From assembly GCA_015066045.1 (NCBI GenBank), contig SVPD01000002.1, positions 9,063-73,062 of the forward strand: a stretch of DNA of 64,000 bases, read 5' to 3'. Numbering within the stretch: position 1 is the first letter of the stretch; each line of letters starts with the position of its first letter. The translations under genes and the position numbers were made by a program. The notes under the pieces are model-generated. The model was not told where the DNA came from. It did no database searches and worked only from the letters and a program-made list of their open reading frames with translations. Source of the DNA: Oscillospiraceae bacterium. Its GTDB lineage: Bacteria; Bacillota; Clostridia; Oscillospirales; Acutalibacteraceae. Positions 17,068 to 26,408 of this stretch are shown piece by piece.

Positions 17068-17933
17068 GCATTTCGATTTTAGAAACGAAAAACCTTACCC
17101 ATATTTACTCAAAGGGTACCACGTCTCAGGTGGATGCCATCAGAGACATCAGCCTTAAAATCGAAAAAGGTGAGCTTGTGGGCATAATCGGCCACACAGG
17201 CTCGGGCAAAAGCACCCTCATTCAGCATTTTAACGGCCTTTTAAAGGGTACCTCGGGTACGGTTCTTCTCGACGGCAGAGACATCTGGGAGGATAAAAGC
17301 AAAATCCGTAATGTCCGCTTCCGTGTGGGCATCTGCTTCCAGTATCCCGAATATCAGCTTTTCGAGGAAACGGTTTATAAGGACATCGCCTTCGGTCCGA
17401 CGAATATGAGGCTCGACGAAAAGGAAATCGACCGCAGAGTCAGAAATGTAATTAAATTCGTAGGTCTGGATGAAAGCTATCTGGAAAAATCACCCTTCGA
17501 CCTTTCCGGCGGTGAAAAAAGAAGAGTGGCCATAGCAGGAGTTATGGCTATGGAGCCCGATGTGCTTATTTTAGATGAGCCCTGCGCAGGTCTCGATCCG
17601 AGAGGCAGAGACACGGTTCTTTCTCTCATCCGTGACTACAGAAGCAGCACCGGCAGCACGGTTCTGGTGGTTTCACACAGTATGGAGGATATTTCCAAAA
17701 TAGCGACAAGGGTTCTCGTTATGAACGAGTCGAGGCTCGCTTACTACGACACGGTGGACGGAGTTTTCTCCCACAGTGAGGAGCTTAAAAAAATGGGACT
17801 CAATATCCCTGTTCTCACCTCGCTCTTTCTCAGACTTAAGGAAAAGGGCTATAATGTCCGCACGGATATCTACACTGCGGAAAAGGCCTGTGACGAGCTT
17901 CTTTCACTTCTGAAAGGGGGCAGTGTTGAATGA
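17064..17933 (+). CDS. ecfA2: ECF transporter ATPase EcfA2
   Basis: GHTGSGKST, LSGGEKRR. The TTG start has a GGAGG RBS and overlaps the upstream stop. Confidence 0.92.
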   Translation: MSISILETKNLTHIYSKGTTSQVDAIRDISLKIEKGELVGIIGHTGSGKSTLIQHFNGLLKGTSGTVLLDGRDIWEDKSKIRNVRFRVGICFQYPEYQLFEETVYKDIAFGPTNMRLDEKEIDRRVRNVIKFVGLDESYLEKSPFDLSGGEKRRVAIAGVMAMEPDVLILDEPCAGLDPRGRDTVLSLIRDYRSSTGSTVLVVSHSMEDISKIATRVLVMNESRLAYYDTVDGVFSHSEELKKMGLNIPVLTSLFLRLKEKGYNVRTDIYTAEKACDELLSLLKGGSVE

Positions 17934-18745
17934 TTTCCGACATTACCATAGGTCAGTATTATAAGGGTGACTCCTTCGTTCATAAGATGGATGCACGCAT
18001 AAAAATCATTATCACCGTGCTTTTTATCGTAATGATTTTTATGTGTAAAAACTTCCTTTCCCTTCTGCTGACGGCGGTTATCCTCGTCGCCGCCATAGCG
18101 GTCTCGAAGGTACCCTTCAGAATGTTTTTTAAAAGCCTTAAGCCTATCGTTCCCATAGTGCTTTTCACGGCTGTAATAAATATTTTCTACATCGGCGGAG
18201 GAAAAGAGCTTCTGTCTCTCGGCTTTATTACCGTTACGAGCAAGGGAGTTTTCACGGCGGTATTTATGGCGATAAGGATAGTTCTGCTCATAATGAGCAG
18301 CTCCATTCTCACCTATACCACCGTACCGACGATGCTCACCGATGCCATAGAGAAGCTGCTTTCACCCCTTAAGGTGTTTCATATTCAGGTGCATACTCTG
18401 GCTATGATGATGACCTTGGCTTTACGCTTCATTCCCACTCTTATCGATGAAACGGAAAGAATAATGAATGCCCAGAAGGCCAGAGGTGCAGACTTCGAAA
18501 ACGGCAGCATCGCCGAAAGAGCGAAGGCTCTCGTGCCGGTGCTTATTCCGCTTTTCGTTTCTGCCTTCAGACGTGCCTACGAGCTTGCCTTTGCTATGAA
18601 CTGCCGATGCTACACGGGCGGTGAGGACAGAACCAGAATGAAGCAGATGAAGCTTAAGGCCTCCGATTTTGCGGCCCTGTCCGTTTTCGTGGCAGGCACT
18701 GTCGGGGTAGTCCTTATCAATAAATTTTTCGGTGTGGTAATTTAA
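17930..18745 (+). CDS. ecfT: ECF transporter transmembrane component EcfT
   Basis: Polytopic membrane protein with the ARG motif (AQKARGADF), overlapping ecfA2. Confidence 0.9.
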   Translation: MISDITIGQYYKGDSFVHKMDARIKIIITVLFIVMIFMCKNFLSLLLTAVILVAAIAVSKVPFRMFFKSLKPIVPIVLFTAVINIFYIGGGKELLSLGFITVTSKGVFTAVFMAIRIVLLIMSSSILTYTTVPTMLTDAIEKLLSPLKVFHIQVHTLAMMMTLALRFIPTLIDETERIMNAQKARGADFENGSIAERAKALVPVLIPLFVSAFRRAYELAFAMNCRCYTGGEDRTRMKQMKLKASDFAALSVFVAGTVGVVLINKFFGVVI

Positions 18746-18746
18746 A

Positions 18747-19484
18747 ATGAAAAAAAATGTTAAGCTTTTGATTTGCTATGACGGCACCGCTTATCACGGC
18801 TGGCAGATGCAGGAAAATGCTCTGACCGTGCAGGAATGCGTGACGAAGGCTGCCGAAAAAATCTTTTCGCAGAAAATCACGGTAAACGGCTGCAGCCGTA
18901 CCGACAGCGGAGTACACGCCAATGAATTCTGCTGCAATTTCCGCTTTGAGGGCGAAAGGGCAGAGGATAAAATCATTCTCGGTATGAACTCTCAGCTTCC
19001 CGAGGATATTCGGGTTTTCGGCTGCGAATATGCGGACACGGATTTTCACGCACGCTTCGACTGTAAGGGAAAGGAATACATCTATAAGGTCTGGAACGGA
19101 AAAACGGGAAATCCCTTTATGAGCAGATATTCTCTTTTTTATCCCTATGAGCTCGACGAGGAGCTTCTGGACAGTCAGGCGAAGTATTTCATCGGCACAC
19201 ACGATTTTGCCGCCTTCTGTGCCGCAGGGAGCATAGTAAAGGATACGGTGAGAACCGTAAAGGATTTTTCGGTAAAAAGGGAAGGGGAGCTGGTGACCTT
19301 TTCCGTCACGGGCGACGGCTTTCTTTACAATATGGTAAGGATTATGGTCGGAACCCTCCTTTACATCAATAACGGCAAAATAGAAAAGGATACCATCCCC
19401 GAAATCATTCTTTCCGGAGACAGGACAAGGGCGGGCATAACCGTCAGACCGGAAGGTCTTTATCTCAATAAGGTCTTTTACTGA
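18747..19484 (+). CDS. truA: tRNA pseudouridine(38-40) synthase TruA
   Basis: YDGTAYHGWQMQ and GCSRTDSGVHA catalytic Asp motif. Confidence 0.95.
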   Translation: MKKNVKLLICYDGTAYHGWQMQENALTVQECVTKAAEKIFSQKITVNGCSRTDSGVHANEFCCNFRFEGERAEDKIILGMNSQLPEDIRVFGCEYADTDFHARFDCKGKEYIYKVWNGKTGNPFMSRYSLFYPYELDEELLDSQAKYFIGTHDFAAFCAAGSIVKDTVRTVKDFSVKREGELVTFSVTGDGFLYNMVRIMVGTLLYINNGKIEKDTIPEIILSGDRTRAGITVRPEGLYLNKVFY

Positions 19485-19498
19485 TACAGGAGAAAATT

Positions 19499-20698
19499 AT
19501 GGACAAGAAAAAGAATAAAGGACAGGTAAAGCCGTTTGACGGCAAAAAAAAGAAAAGGAAATCACGCCGTAGCAGCCGATATGCTCTCGTGGGCGCAGTG
19601 GTGCTCACTGCAGTGCTGATAATACTCGGTGCGGCAGTTTTTTCGGCTGACAGAGTGATAGATGACGGCAGCGTTTCCTCTGAAAACAGTGAGCTGCTTT
19701 CCACGGTCAGCAGTAACGAAATGGGCTTTCCCGTTACCTTTTCAAATAACGACATAATCAGAGTCGAGTCCTTTTCATCGAGGCTTTTCGTTCTCGGTAA
19801 AAAGATACTCACCTGCGTGTCGGACAGAGGTGCGGTAAAATATAATCATATTTTTACCTTTACAAATCCGGATATGACTGTCAGTGAAAATTACGGACTC
19901 GTTTATGACAGAGCCTCCTGCAGATATTTCATTTTCAATGAAAAGGGCATTATCTATGAGGGAGAATCGGAAAATAAAAAGCATATCATAACCGCTAAAA
20001 TCAATAACAGAGGCGACGTGGCACTGGTAACCAAAAGTGACGATTCGGCGTGCCGTGTGTCTCTCGTCGATAAAAAGGGGCGTGTGCTTTACATCTGGGC
20101 CTGCGCCAATGAATACGGGGTATGTTTGGATATGTCAGAGGACAGCAGAGAGATTCTTTGCGGCACCATCGGCTCACTCGAGGGCTCCGTTTACTCAAAG
20201 CTGTATCTGCTCGGTATCTATTCGGACAGTGATGTAAAGGAGATGACAGTGGAGGATAATGCGGTGGTGGATGTCAGACTCAGCGGCCGCAGGGTAATAG
20301 CTACCTGTAACGGGGCAAGAGTCGTCTTTACCGTCAGAGGCTCCGAAATCACTGAGGAAAAGGTGACCTATCCCTCTAAAATCATCGCCTTACACAGTGA
20401 TAAAAGCGGAAATACGGCAGTGGTGACCAATAAGGTAGGCTCCTTCGGCACCAACGAAATAACCGTATACAATAAAAACAATGCTATTTCTTATGTAGGT
20501 TTCACCGACGGAGAAATCGTCGATGTTATCTGCCGAGGTAAAAGGGTTTATCTTCTTACCGATTCGGCTATATATGAATCCTGCTCCGACGGAAGCTTCA
20601 GCTCAGTCGGTACCAAGGAAATTTCGGGTGAAGGGCTGGTGATTTGCAAAAGCAGGCTTTATTATTACTCAAAAGGTCATATTGATATAAATAGTTGA
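19499..20698 (+). CDS. membrane-anchored hypothetical protein (DUF5711-like)
   Basis: Basic N-terminus plus one TM helix, then a beta-rich ectodomain. The family call is recalled from memory only. Confidence 0.55.
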   Translation: MDKKKNKGQVKPFDGKKKKRKSRRSSRYALVGAVVLTAVLIILGAAVFSADRVIDDGSVSSENSELLSTVSSNEMGFPVTFSNNDIIRVESFSSRLFVLGKKILTCVSDRGAVKYNHIFTFTNPDMTVSENYGLVYDRASCRYFIFNEKGIIYEGESENKKHIITAKINNRGDVALVTKSDDSACRVSLVDKKGRVLYIWACANEYGVCLDMSEDSREILCGTIGSLEGSVYSKLYLLGIYSDSDVKEMTVEDNAVVDVRLSGRRVIATCNGARVVFTVRGSEITEEKVTYPSKIIALHSDKSGNTAVVTNKVGSFGTNEITVYNKNNAISYVGFTDGEIVDVICRGKRVYLLTDSAIYESCSDGSFSSVGTKEISGEGLVICKSRLYYYSKGHIDINS

Positions 20699-20753
20699 TT
20701 TTTCTATTGTTTATGTGATACAATAGCAGAAAATATTTTTCAGGAGGCATTTA

Positions 20754-21467
20754 ATGACTTACATAGTTGATATAATTATTATTGCGGTCTTTCTGATTTC
20801 GGTCGTAATTTCCTACAAAAAAGGCTTTTTCAGAAGTCTGTTTGACCTTATCGGTACTCTTGTTTCCGTGATGGCTGCCCGTCTGGTTTCGGCTACTCTG
20901 GCTACTCAGGGCTTCGAAATACTTATTCAGACTCCCGCAAGAGCTGCTCTTACCAATTCGCTCGGCACGGTAGGCACCACCGACTACGGTGCGCAGGTGG
21001 AAAGTGCTCTTAATTCCATTCCCGACTCCTTTAACGGCATAATGAGTCTTATCGGTATCGATAAGAACGCCATACTCGAAAAGGTTTCCTCCTCCGAGCT
21101 GGCGCAGGGAAATCTGGTGGACAATATAATGGAAAACATCGTCGCACCCGTAGGCACCGCCGTTATCCGCTTCGTGCTTTTCGTGATTTTGGCCGTAGTC
21201 TTCACTCTTGTGCTGAAGGTGGTCGTGAAGCTTCTCGATTTCGTTATTAAAAAGCTTCCCTTCGTAAAGAGCGTGAATAAAGGTCTCGGCATAGTAATCG
21301 GTGTGCTCAGAGGTCTTATCACCGTTCTCATCGTTTCCATGCTTATCGCTACCGTGGTCAGCTTCACGGGAAATGAAGAGATAATCGCAGCGGTAAATAA
21401 TTCCGTTATCGTTTCATCGGTACAGAATCTTATGTCGTCCTTAAGCGGCGCAGTATTAAAATTATAA
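20754..21467 (+). CDS. cvpA: CvpA family membrane protein
   Basis: N-terminal IVDIIIIAVFLISVVISYKKGFFRSLFDLIG is typical of CvpA. Confidence 0.8.
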   Translation: MTYIVDIIIIAVFLISVVISYKKGFFRSLFDLIGTLVSVMAARLVSATLATQGFEILIQTPARAALTNSLGTVGTTDYGAQVESALNSIPDSFNGIMSLIGIDKNAILEKVSSSELAQGNLVDNIMENIVAPVGTAVIRFVLFVILAVVFTLVLKVVVKLLDFVIKKLPFVKSVNKGLGIVIGVLRGLITVLIVSMLIATVVSFTGNEEIIAAVNNSVIVSSVQNLMSSLSGAVLKL

Positions 21468-21484
21468 AGTGAGGTAAAAATAAA

Positions 21485-22105
21485 ATGAAAGACTTATTTA
21501 AAGGATGGGCTACAATCCCTAATTTTCTGTCACTTACCAGAATCGCTCTTACACCTGTAATTGCTTATCTTTTCATCAATGATATGAAAATTGCCGCAGT
21601 TATCATTCTCGCTGTTTCTGCTCTTTCCGACACCTTCGACGGACAGATAGCCAGAAGATTCAATCAGGTCAGTGCCTTAGGCAAAATTCTCGATCCCGTG
21701 GCCGACAAAATCCAGCAGATTACCATTGCAGTCATTCTTCTTATCGAGTTCCATAATGCTACCGATCCTCTTATCAAGGCATTCGGTTATGTGTTCATCG
21801 TATTTTTGGCCAAGGAAGCTATTATGCTTATCGGCGGTCTGGTTATGCTTCTTCTCGGCATCAGACCGGGTGCAGCCGAAATTTTCGGCAAATTGGCTAC
21901 TCTCTGCTTCTATGTAGGTATGGTGGTTATTCTGCTTTTCGGTCCCGAGGTCGGCGCATTCAGTCAGTATTTCATTCTTCCGAACTTTATTACGGGTGCC
22001 ATCGTGGTAATCTGTGCCATTATGACCATCGTAGCTTTCGCAAGCTATATGCCCGAAACCTTCAGACAGTTCAAGGAAAGATTTACTAAGGAAGACAAGG
22101 CATAA
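21485..22105 (+). CDS. CDP-alcohol phosphatidyltransferase family protein
   Basis: DTFDGQIARRFNQVSALGKILDPVADK matches the DG(x2)AR(x8)G(x3)D(x3)D motif. Confidence 0.85.
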   Translation: MKDLFKGWATIPNFLSLTRIALTPVIAYLFINDMKIAAVIILAVSALSDTFDGQIARRFNQVSALGKILDPVADKIQQITIAVILLIEFHNATDPLIKAFGYVFIVFLAKEAIMLIGGLVMLLLGIRPGAAEIFGKLATLCFYVGMVVILLFGPEVGAFSQYFILPNFITGAIVVICAIMTIVAFASYMPETFRQFKERFTKEDKA

Positions 22106-22165
22106 AATCAGGCAAATACTCAAGAAAGGAAAGGCTGCTTTCCGGCAGTCTTATGGCGTTTATAA

Positions 22166-24472
22166 ATGAAAAAGGTTACTTGCAGCAGATGTAAAAAGCG
22201 TCCTGCAGTCATATTTATTTCGAAAATCATCGACGGAAAAACCGTTCCCGAGGGGCTTTGCCTTAACTGTGCCATGGAGCTGAACATAGGTCCCATAAAG
22301 CAGATGATGGAAAGCATGGGCATTACCGAGGAGGACGTGGACTCCATCAGTGAGCAGTTTTCCAGTATGTTCCCCGACACGGATGAGGAGGGCGGCTTTG
22401 AAGCAGGTGGTTCACCGACTATGCCCTTTATGCAGGGACTTTTCGGTGACCTTGCAAACAGTCTTACCGTAAAAAATGAGGGCTCGGAAGGTCTGGCCAA
22501 GGCTGCTCCCTCCGAGCAGAAAAGCACAGGCAAAAAAAGAAACAGAAGCAAAGAGAAAAAGCGTAAATTCCTCTCTCTTTACTGCACCGACCTTACCGAA
22601 AAGGCTAAGAGCGGTAAAATAGATAACATCATCGGCAGAGACAAGGAGCTCGAAAGAGTGGTACAGATTCTCTGCAGACGCTCTAAAAATAATCCTTGTC
22701 TCATCGGTGAGCCCGGTGTAGGTAAAACCGCCATCGCAGAGGCTCTGGCACAGAAAATCGCCGAGGGCAAGGTCCCCGCAAAGCTTGCCGACAAGGAAAT
22801 TCATCTGCTGGACCTTACCGCTTTGGTGGCAGGTACACAGTTCAGAGGTCAGTTCGAAAGCCGAATAAAAAATCTCGTTGACGAGGTCAAATATAACGGC
22901 AATATCATTCTTTTCATCGACGAGGTTCATAATCTCGTGGGTACAGGTGATGCAGAGGGCTCGATGAATGCAGCGAATATTCTCAAGCCCGCACTTTCCA
23001 GAGGTGAAATTCAGGTAGTGGGTGCTACCACCTTTACCGAATACAGAAAGAATATAGAAAAGGATGCGGCACTGGAAAGACGCTTCCAGCCGGTCAAAAT
23101 AGAGGAGCCCTCCATCGAGGATGCCACGGCTATACTTTTAGGCATAAAGAAATATTACGAGGGCTATCACAGAGTCAGAATTTCCGACGAGCTCGTTAAA
23201 AAGGCAGTGGTGCTTTCCGAGAGATACATCACTGATCGCTTTCTTCCCGATAAGGCTATCGACCTTTTAGACGAGGCGTGTACCTGCGCTAACCTCAGAA
23301 ACAAGGCTATCAGCGACCTCGAAATCAGTGAAAGAAAGCTCACCGAGCTCAAAGAGGACGAGGAAGACCTTATGAATGACTCTGAGGCTATGGACTATGA
23401 GGCTATAGCTAAAATCAAAGCTGAAATAGTGAAATGCGAAAGCGATATGTCCTCACTTACCGATGCGGCAAACGACAATGCCGTAACCGAGAGCGATATT
23501 GCTAAGGTTATCGAGCTGTGGACAGGTGTGCCTTCGTCAAAGATAATCGAAAGCGACCTAAAAAAGCTTTCCGGTCTCGAGGAAAAGCTCAGAAGCAAGG
23601 TTATCGGTCAGGACGATGCCATAAAGGCAGTGGCCGCCGCCATAAAGCGCAACAGAGTACAGATAAGTCCCCGTCGCAGACCTGCTTCATTTATCTTCGT
23701 CGGTCCCACGGGCGTAGGTAAAACCGAGCTTGTCAAGCAGCTTTCCGCTGAGCTTTTCTCCACTCCCGAAACTCTTATCAGACTCGATATGAGTGAGTTT
23801 ATGGAAAAGCACAGTGTTTCCCGTATCATCGGCTCTCCTCCGGGCTATGTAGGCTATGACGAGGCAGGCCAGCTCACCGAAAAGGTAAGAAGAAAGCCCT
23901 ACAGTGTTATCCTTTTCGATGAGATAGAAAAGGCACACCCCGACGTGATGAATATTCTTCTCCAGATACTCGATGAAGGCAGAATTACGGACGCTCAGGG
24001 TAGAACCGTAAACTTCGAAAACACGGTAATCATTATGACCTCTAATGCGGGCAGTGAAAGAAAGGGCGGCTCCATCGGCTTCGGCAAGGATAAGGACGAG
24101 GCCACCAGAGAAAAGGTAATGAAGGCACTTTCCGATTTCCTGCGTCCCGAGTTTATCGGCAGAGTAGACGAGGTGGCGGTGTTCAATTCTCTCACGGTGG
24201 AGGATTACAGAAAAATTTCCGAGCTTCTTCTCAGTGAGCTTAAGGGCTCTCTGAAAGAAAAGAGCATCGACCTTAAATGGACAGAGGACGTAAATGCTTA
24301 TCTTGCCTCAAGGTCTGAAGGCGGCACCAGAGGCGCACGAGATTTACGTAATCTTATCCGTAAAGAGGTAGAGGACGGCATCGCAAACATCATCATCGAT
24401 AACGCCGATTCGCCCGTCAGTGCCATAGCCGTGGAGGTCAAAGAGGATAAGCTGGTGCTGACTCATATATGA
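22166..24472 (+). CDS. clpE: Clp/Hsp100 ATPase, ClpE-type (N-terminal C4 zinc ribbon)
   Basis: CSRC-x22-CLNC N-terminus and two AAA+ modules (GEPGVGKTA, GPTGVGKTE). No Clp_N repeats seen. Confidence 0.85.
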   Translation: MKKVTCSRCKKRPAVIFISKIIDGKTVPEGLCLNCAMELNIGPIKQMMESMGITEEDVDSISEQFSSMFPDTDEEGGFEAGGSPTMPFMQGLFGDLANSLTVKNEGSEGLAKAAPSEQKSTGKKRNRSKEKKRKFLSLYCTDLTEKAKSGKIDNIIGRDKELERVVQILCRRSKNNPCLIGEPGVGKTAIAEALAQKIAEGKVPAKLADKEIHLLDLTALVAGTQFRGQFESRIKNLVDEVKYNGNIILFIDEVHNLVGTGDAEGSMNAANILKPALSRGEIQVVGATTFTEYRKNIEKDAALERRFQPVKIEEPSIEDATAILLGIKKYYEGYHRVRISDELVKKAVVLSERYITDRFLPDKAIDLLDEACTCANLRNKAISDLEISERKLTELKEDEEDLMNDSEAMDYEAIAKIKAEIVKCESDMSSLTDAANDNAVTESDIAKVIELWTGVPSSKIIESDLKKLSGLEEKLRSKVIGQDDAIKAVAAAIKRNRVQISPRRRPASFIFVGPTGVGKTELVKQLSAELFSTPETLIRLDMSEFMEKHSVSRIIGSPPGYVGYDEAGQLTEKVRRKPYSVILFDEIEKAHPDVMNILLQILDEGRITDAQGRTVNFENTVIIMTSNAGSERKGGSIGFGKDKDEATREKVMKALSDFLRPEFIGRVDEVAVFNSLTVEDYRKISELLLSELKGSLKEKSIDLKWTEDVNAYLASRSEGGTRGARDLRNLIRKEVEDGIANIIIDNADSPVSAIAVEVKEDKLVLTHI

Positions 24473-24504
24473 CCTAAAAAATTAATTTAATTTTAAAAAA
24501 ACAC

Positions 24505-24533
24505 TTGACAATGCAGCGTTGATTGTATATAAT
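24505..24533 (+). promoter_or_regulatory. sigma-A-like promoter of the tRNA cluster
   Basis: TTGACA, 17-nt spacer, TATAAT. Confidence 0.6.
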
Positions 24534-24553
24534 AGTCAACGTTGCATCGGTTT

Positions 24554-24627
24554 GCGGGTGTAGTTCAATGGTAGAATCCCAGCCTTCCAAGCTGGTCGTG
24601 TGGGTTCGATTCCCATCACCCGCTCCA
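24554..24627 (+). tRNA. tRNA-Gly (anticodon UCC)
   Basis: Acceptor GCGGGTG/CACCCGC, anticodon loop CT-TCC-AA, encoded CCA. Confidence 0.93.
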
Positions 24628-24649
24628 CTTTTTGCAGTAAATTGAATAT

Positions 24650-24726
<77 letters not shown>

Positions 24727-24732
24727 GTAAGT

Positions 24733-24810
24733 GGTGGATATAGCTCAGTTGGTTAGAGCGCCAGGTTGTGGCCCTGGAGGTCGTCGGTTCGACTCCGATT
24801 ATCCACCCCA
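24733..24810 (+). tRNA. tRNA-His (anticodon GUG)
   Basis: G-1 present, acceptor GTGGATA/TATCCAC, anticodon loop TT-GTG-GC, encoded CCA. Confidence 0.92.
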
Positions 24811-24821
24811 TTTTTTATTAT

Positions 24822-24896
24822 AGGGATGTCGTCAAGCGGTAAGACACAACACTTTGACTGTTGCATTCGTAGGTTCGAATCCTGCCATCCCTGCCA
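24822..24896 (+). tRNA. tRNA-Gln (anticodon UUG)
   Basis: Acceptor AGGGATG/CATCCCT, anticodon loop CT-TTG-AC, encoded CCA. Confidence 0.92.
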
Positions 24897-24934
24897 AAAA
24901 TCGACGAATTTCGACAAGAAGTTCGTCGATTTTT
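24897..24934 (+). terminator. rho-independent terminator of the tRNA cluster
   Basis: AAAATCGACGAA / TTCGTCGATTTT stem plus a T-run. Confidence 0.8.
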
Positions 24935-25015
24935 ACTTCTTACTTCTTCATTATTCACTTTTCACTAATCCTTAGTGTCGATTTTTGTAAGTAAGAAGTA
25001 ATAGTGAATAATGAA
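24933..25015. repeat. two interleaved perfect 13-bp inverted repeats
   Basis: X TTACTTCTTACTT (24933-45) pairs with X' AAGTAAGAAGTAA (24989-25001). Y TTCATTATTCACT (24947-59) pairs with Y' AGTGAATAATGAA (25003-15). The order is X-Y-X'-Y'. Confidence 0.85.
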
Positions 25016-25164
25016 TAGGTGTGGGCGGGACACCAGCACCCGATTGTAATAACAGCCTGCATCTTTATATATTTTAAGAAATAAAATTGAGGCGTTTTTG
25101 CTTCTTGTCTATTGAAAAATTAGCGAGTAAATGCTAAAATAGAAATCAGAAAGGTGGTATTATA

Positions 25165-26184
25165 ATGATTAAAAAAATCATTTCTGTTTTACTTATTGTT
25201 GTAATGTTATTCAGCTGTTCTGTATTTGTTTCTGCACATGCTGAAGATATACCCGGATTCGGTGATTATGAGCATGTTTATATTATCGGTATAGACGGTG
25301 CAGGTGCTACTTTTGGTAATGTTGAGACACCTTGCTTTGACATAATCTTCGCTGACGGTGCCGTACGCCACAATGCTCACACTGAAAGCATCACCATCAG
25401 TGCACAGAACTGGGGCTCTATACTTACAGGTGTATCCTGTGAGACGCACGGACTTACCAATGAAATATGTGAAACAACAGAACGCACATCAAAAGAAGAA
25501 TTTAATTCAATATTTTATTTTGTAAGAGAAAAATATCCCGAAGCGGAGTTGGTTTCTTTTAATAATTGGTCGCCTATCAATAAAGGGATAATCGAAAATG
25601 ACATAAATGTCAAAAAAATCAATAAGAGTAATGATGCTCTTGTAACGGATAGTGTTGTAAGTTATTTCAATGAGGGTAACAGTCCTGCGCTTATGTTTGT
25701 CCAGCTCGATGAGGTTGATCACGCTGCTCATGCTTACGGCGGTTTCAGTGAAAAATACTATGAATCAATCCGTGAAGCAGATACATATATCGGAAGAATA
25801 TATGAGGCTATTGAGTCAAACGGATTGATGGAAAAAGGTCTTTTTATAGTTGTTGCAGATCACGGTGAAACTCATAACGGACATGGCGGTAATACCGTCG
25901 AGGAAAGCTCAGCCGTTCTTGCTGTGCAGGGGTATTCAGTGAGTAATATAACTTTTAGTGAAGACGTAAAAAACCGCGATGTAGCGGCTATTGCTCTGTA
26001 TGCTTTAGGTATTGAAATACCTAACTATATGACGGCTGAAATACCCTATGGTCTTTATGGTGAGCTTCAGTCAGATATCGAAATGTGTGAACATTGCAAT
26101 GCCGTACATACTGATTTTTTCGATGAAATAAAATGCTTTTTTATTAAATTGGCTCAATTTTTCAAGAACTTATTCAATATATAA
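25165..26184 (+). CDS. secreted alkaline-phosphatase-superfamily protein (nucleotide pyrophosphatase/phosphodiesterase-like)
   Basis: Signal peptide. Motifs IGIDGAG, TISAQNWGSILTG, DEVDHAAHAYG and VADHGE match the metal and nucleophile motifs of the NPP/AP fold. A+T-rich with A/T-ending codons. Confidence 0.78.
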   Translation: MIKKIISVLLIVVMLFSCSVFVSAHAEDIPGFGDYEHVYIIGIDGAGATFGNVETPCFDIIFADGAVRHNAHTESITISAQNWGSILTGVSCETHGLTNEICETTERTSKEEFNSIFYFVREKYPEAELVSFNNWSPINKGIIENDINVKKINKSNDALVTDSVVSYFNEGNSPALMFVQLDEVDHAAHAYGGFSEKYYESIREADTYIGRIYEAIESNGLMEKGLFIVVADHGETHNGHGGNTVEESSAVLAVQGYSVSNITFSEDVKNRDVAAIALYALGIEIPNYMTAEIPYGLYGELQSDIEMCEHCNAVHTDFFDEIKCFFIKLAQFFKNLFNI

Positions 26185-26226
26185 GTTCTATTGTTAAAAT
26201 AAGAGAGAGTATAAGCATATCAGTTA

Positions 26227-26336
26227 ATGTGCTTTGTTTCATTGTGAAAATGTAACAGAAGCCGAAGGTTTCAATATCACTTTCACTGTAGTGAAAATTT
26301 CACTCTGCCGCAGGCAGAATATCGCTGAAAGCACAT
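26227..26336 (+). other. structured RNA-like element in the 3' UTR (function unknown)
   Basis: A 9-bp closing helix (26227-35 with 26328-36) encloses three hairpins: GAAGCC-GAA-GGTTTC, TTTCACT/AGTGAAA and CTGCC-GCA-GGCAG. Confidence 0.3.
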
Positions 26337-26368
26337 GTTGCCATTTTGAGCTGTAAACACAAAAAAAG

Positions 26369-26402
26369 AAAAGTCGCACGGCAGTGTGGCTTTTCTTTTT
26401 TT
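26369..26402 (+). terminator. rho-independent terminator (copy 2 of the duplicated module)
   Basis: Same AAAAGTCGCAC-GGCA-GTGTGGCTTTT hairpin plus T-run as at 11127-11160. Confidence 0.8.
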
Positions 26403-26408
26403 GTATTA

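Noticed and set aside
22106-22165. Search for a CtsR operator upstream of the Clp ATPase
   Set aside because: No GGTCAAA-type heptad direct repeat is present. Only a weak GCTGC/GCAG hairpin is seen.
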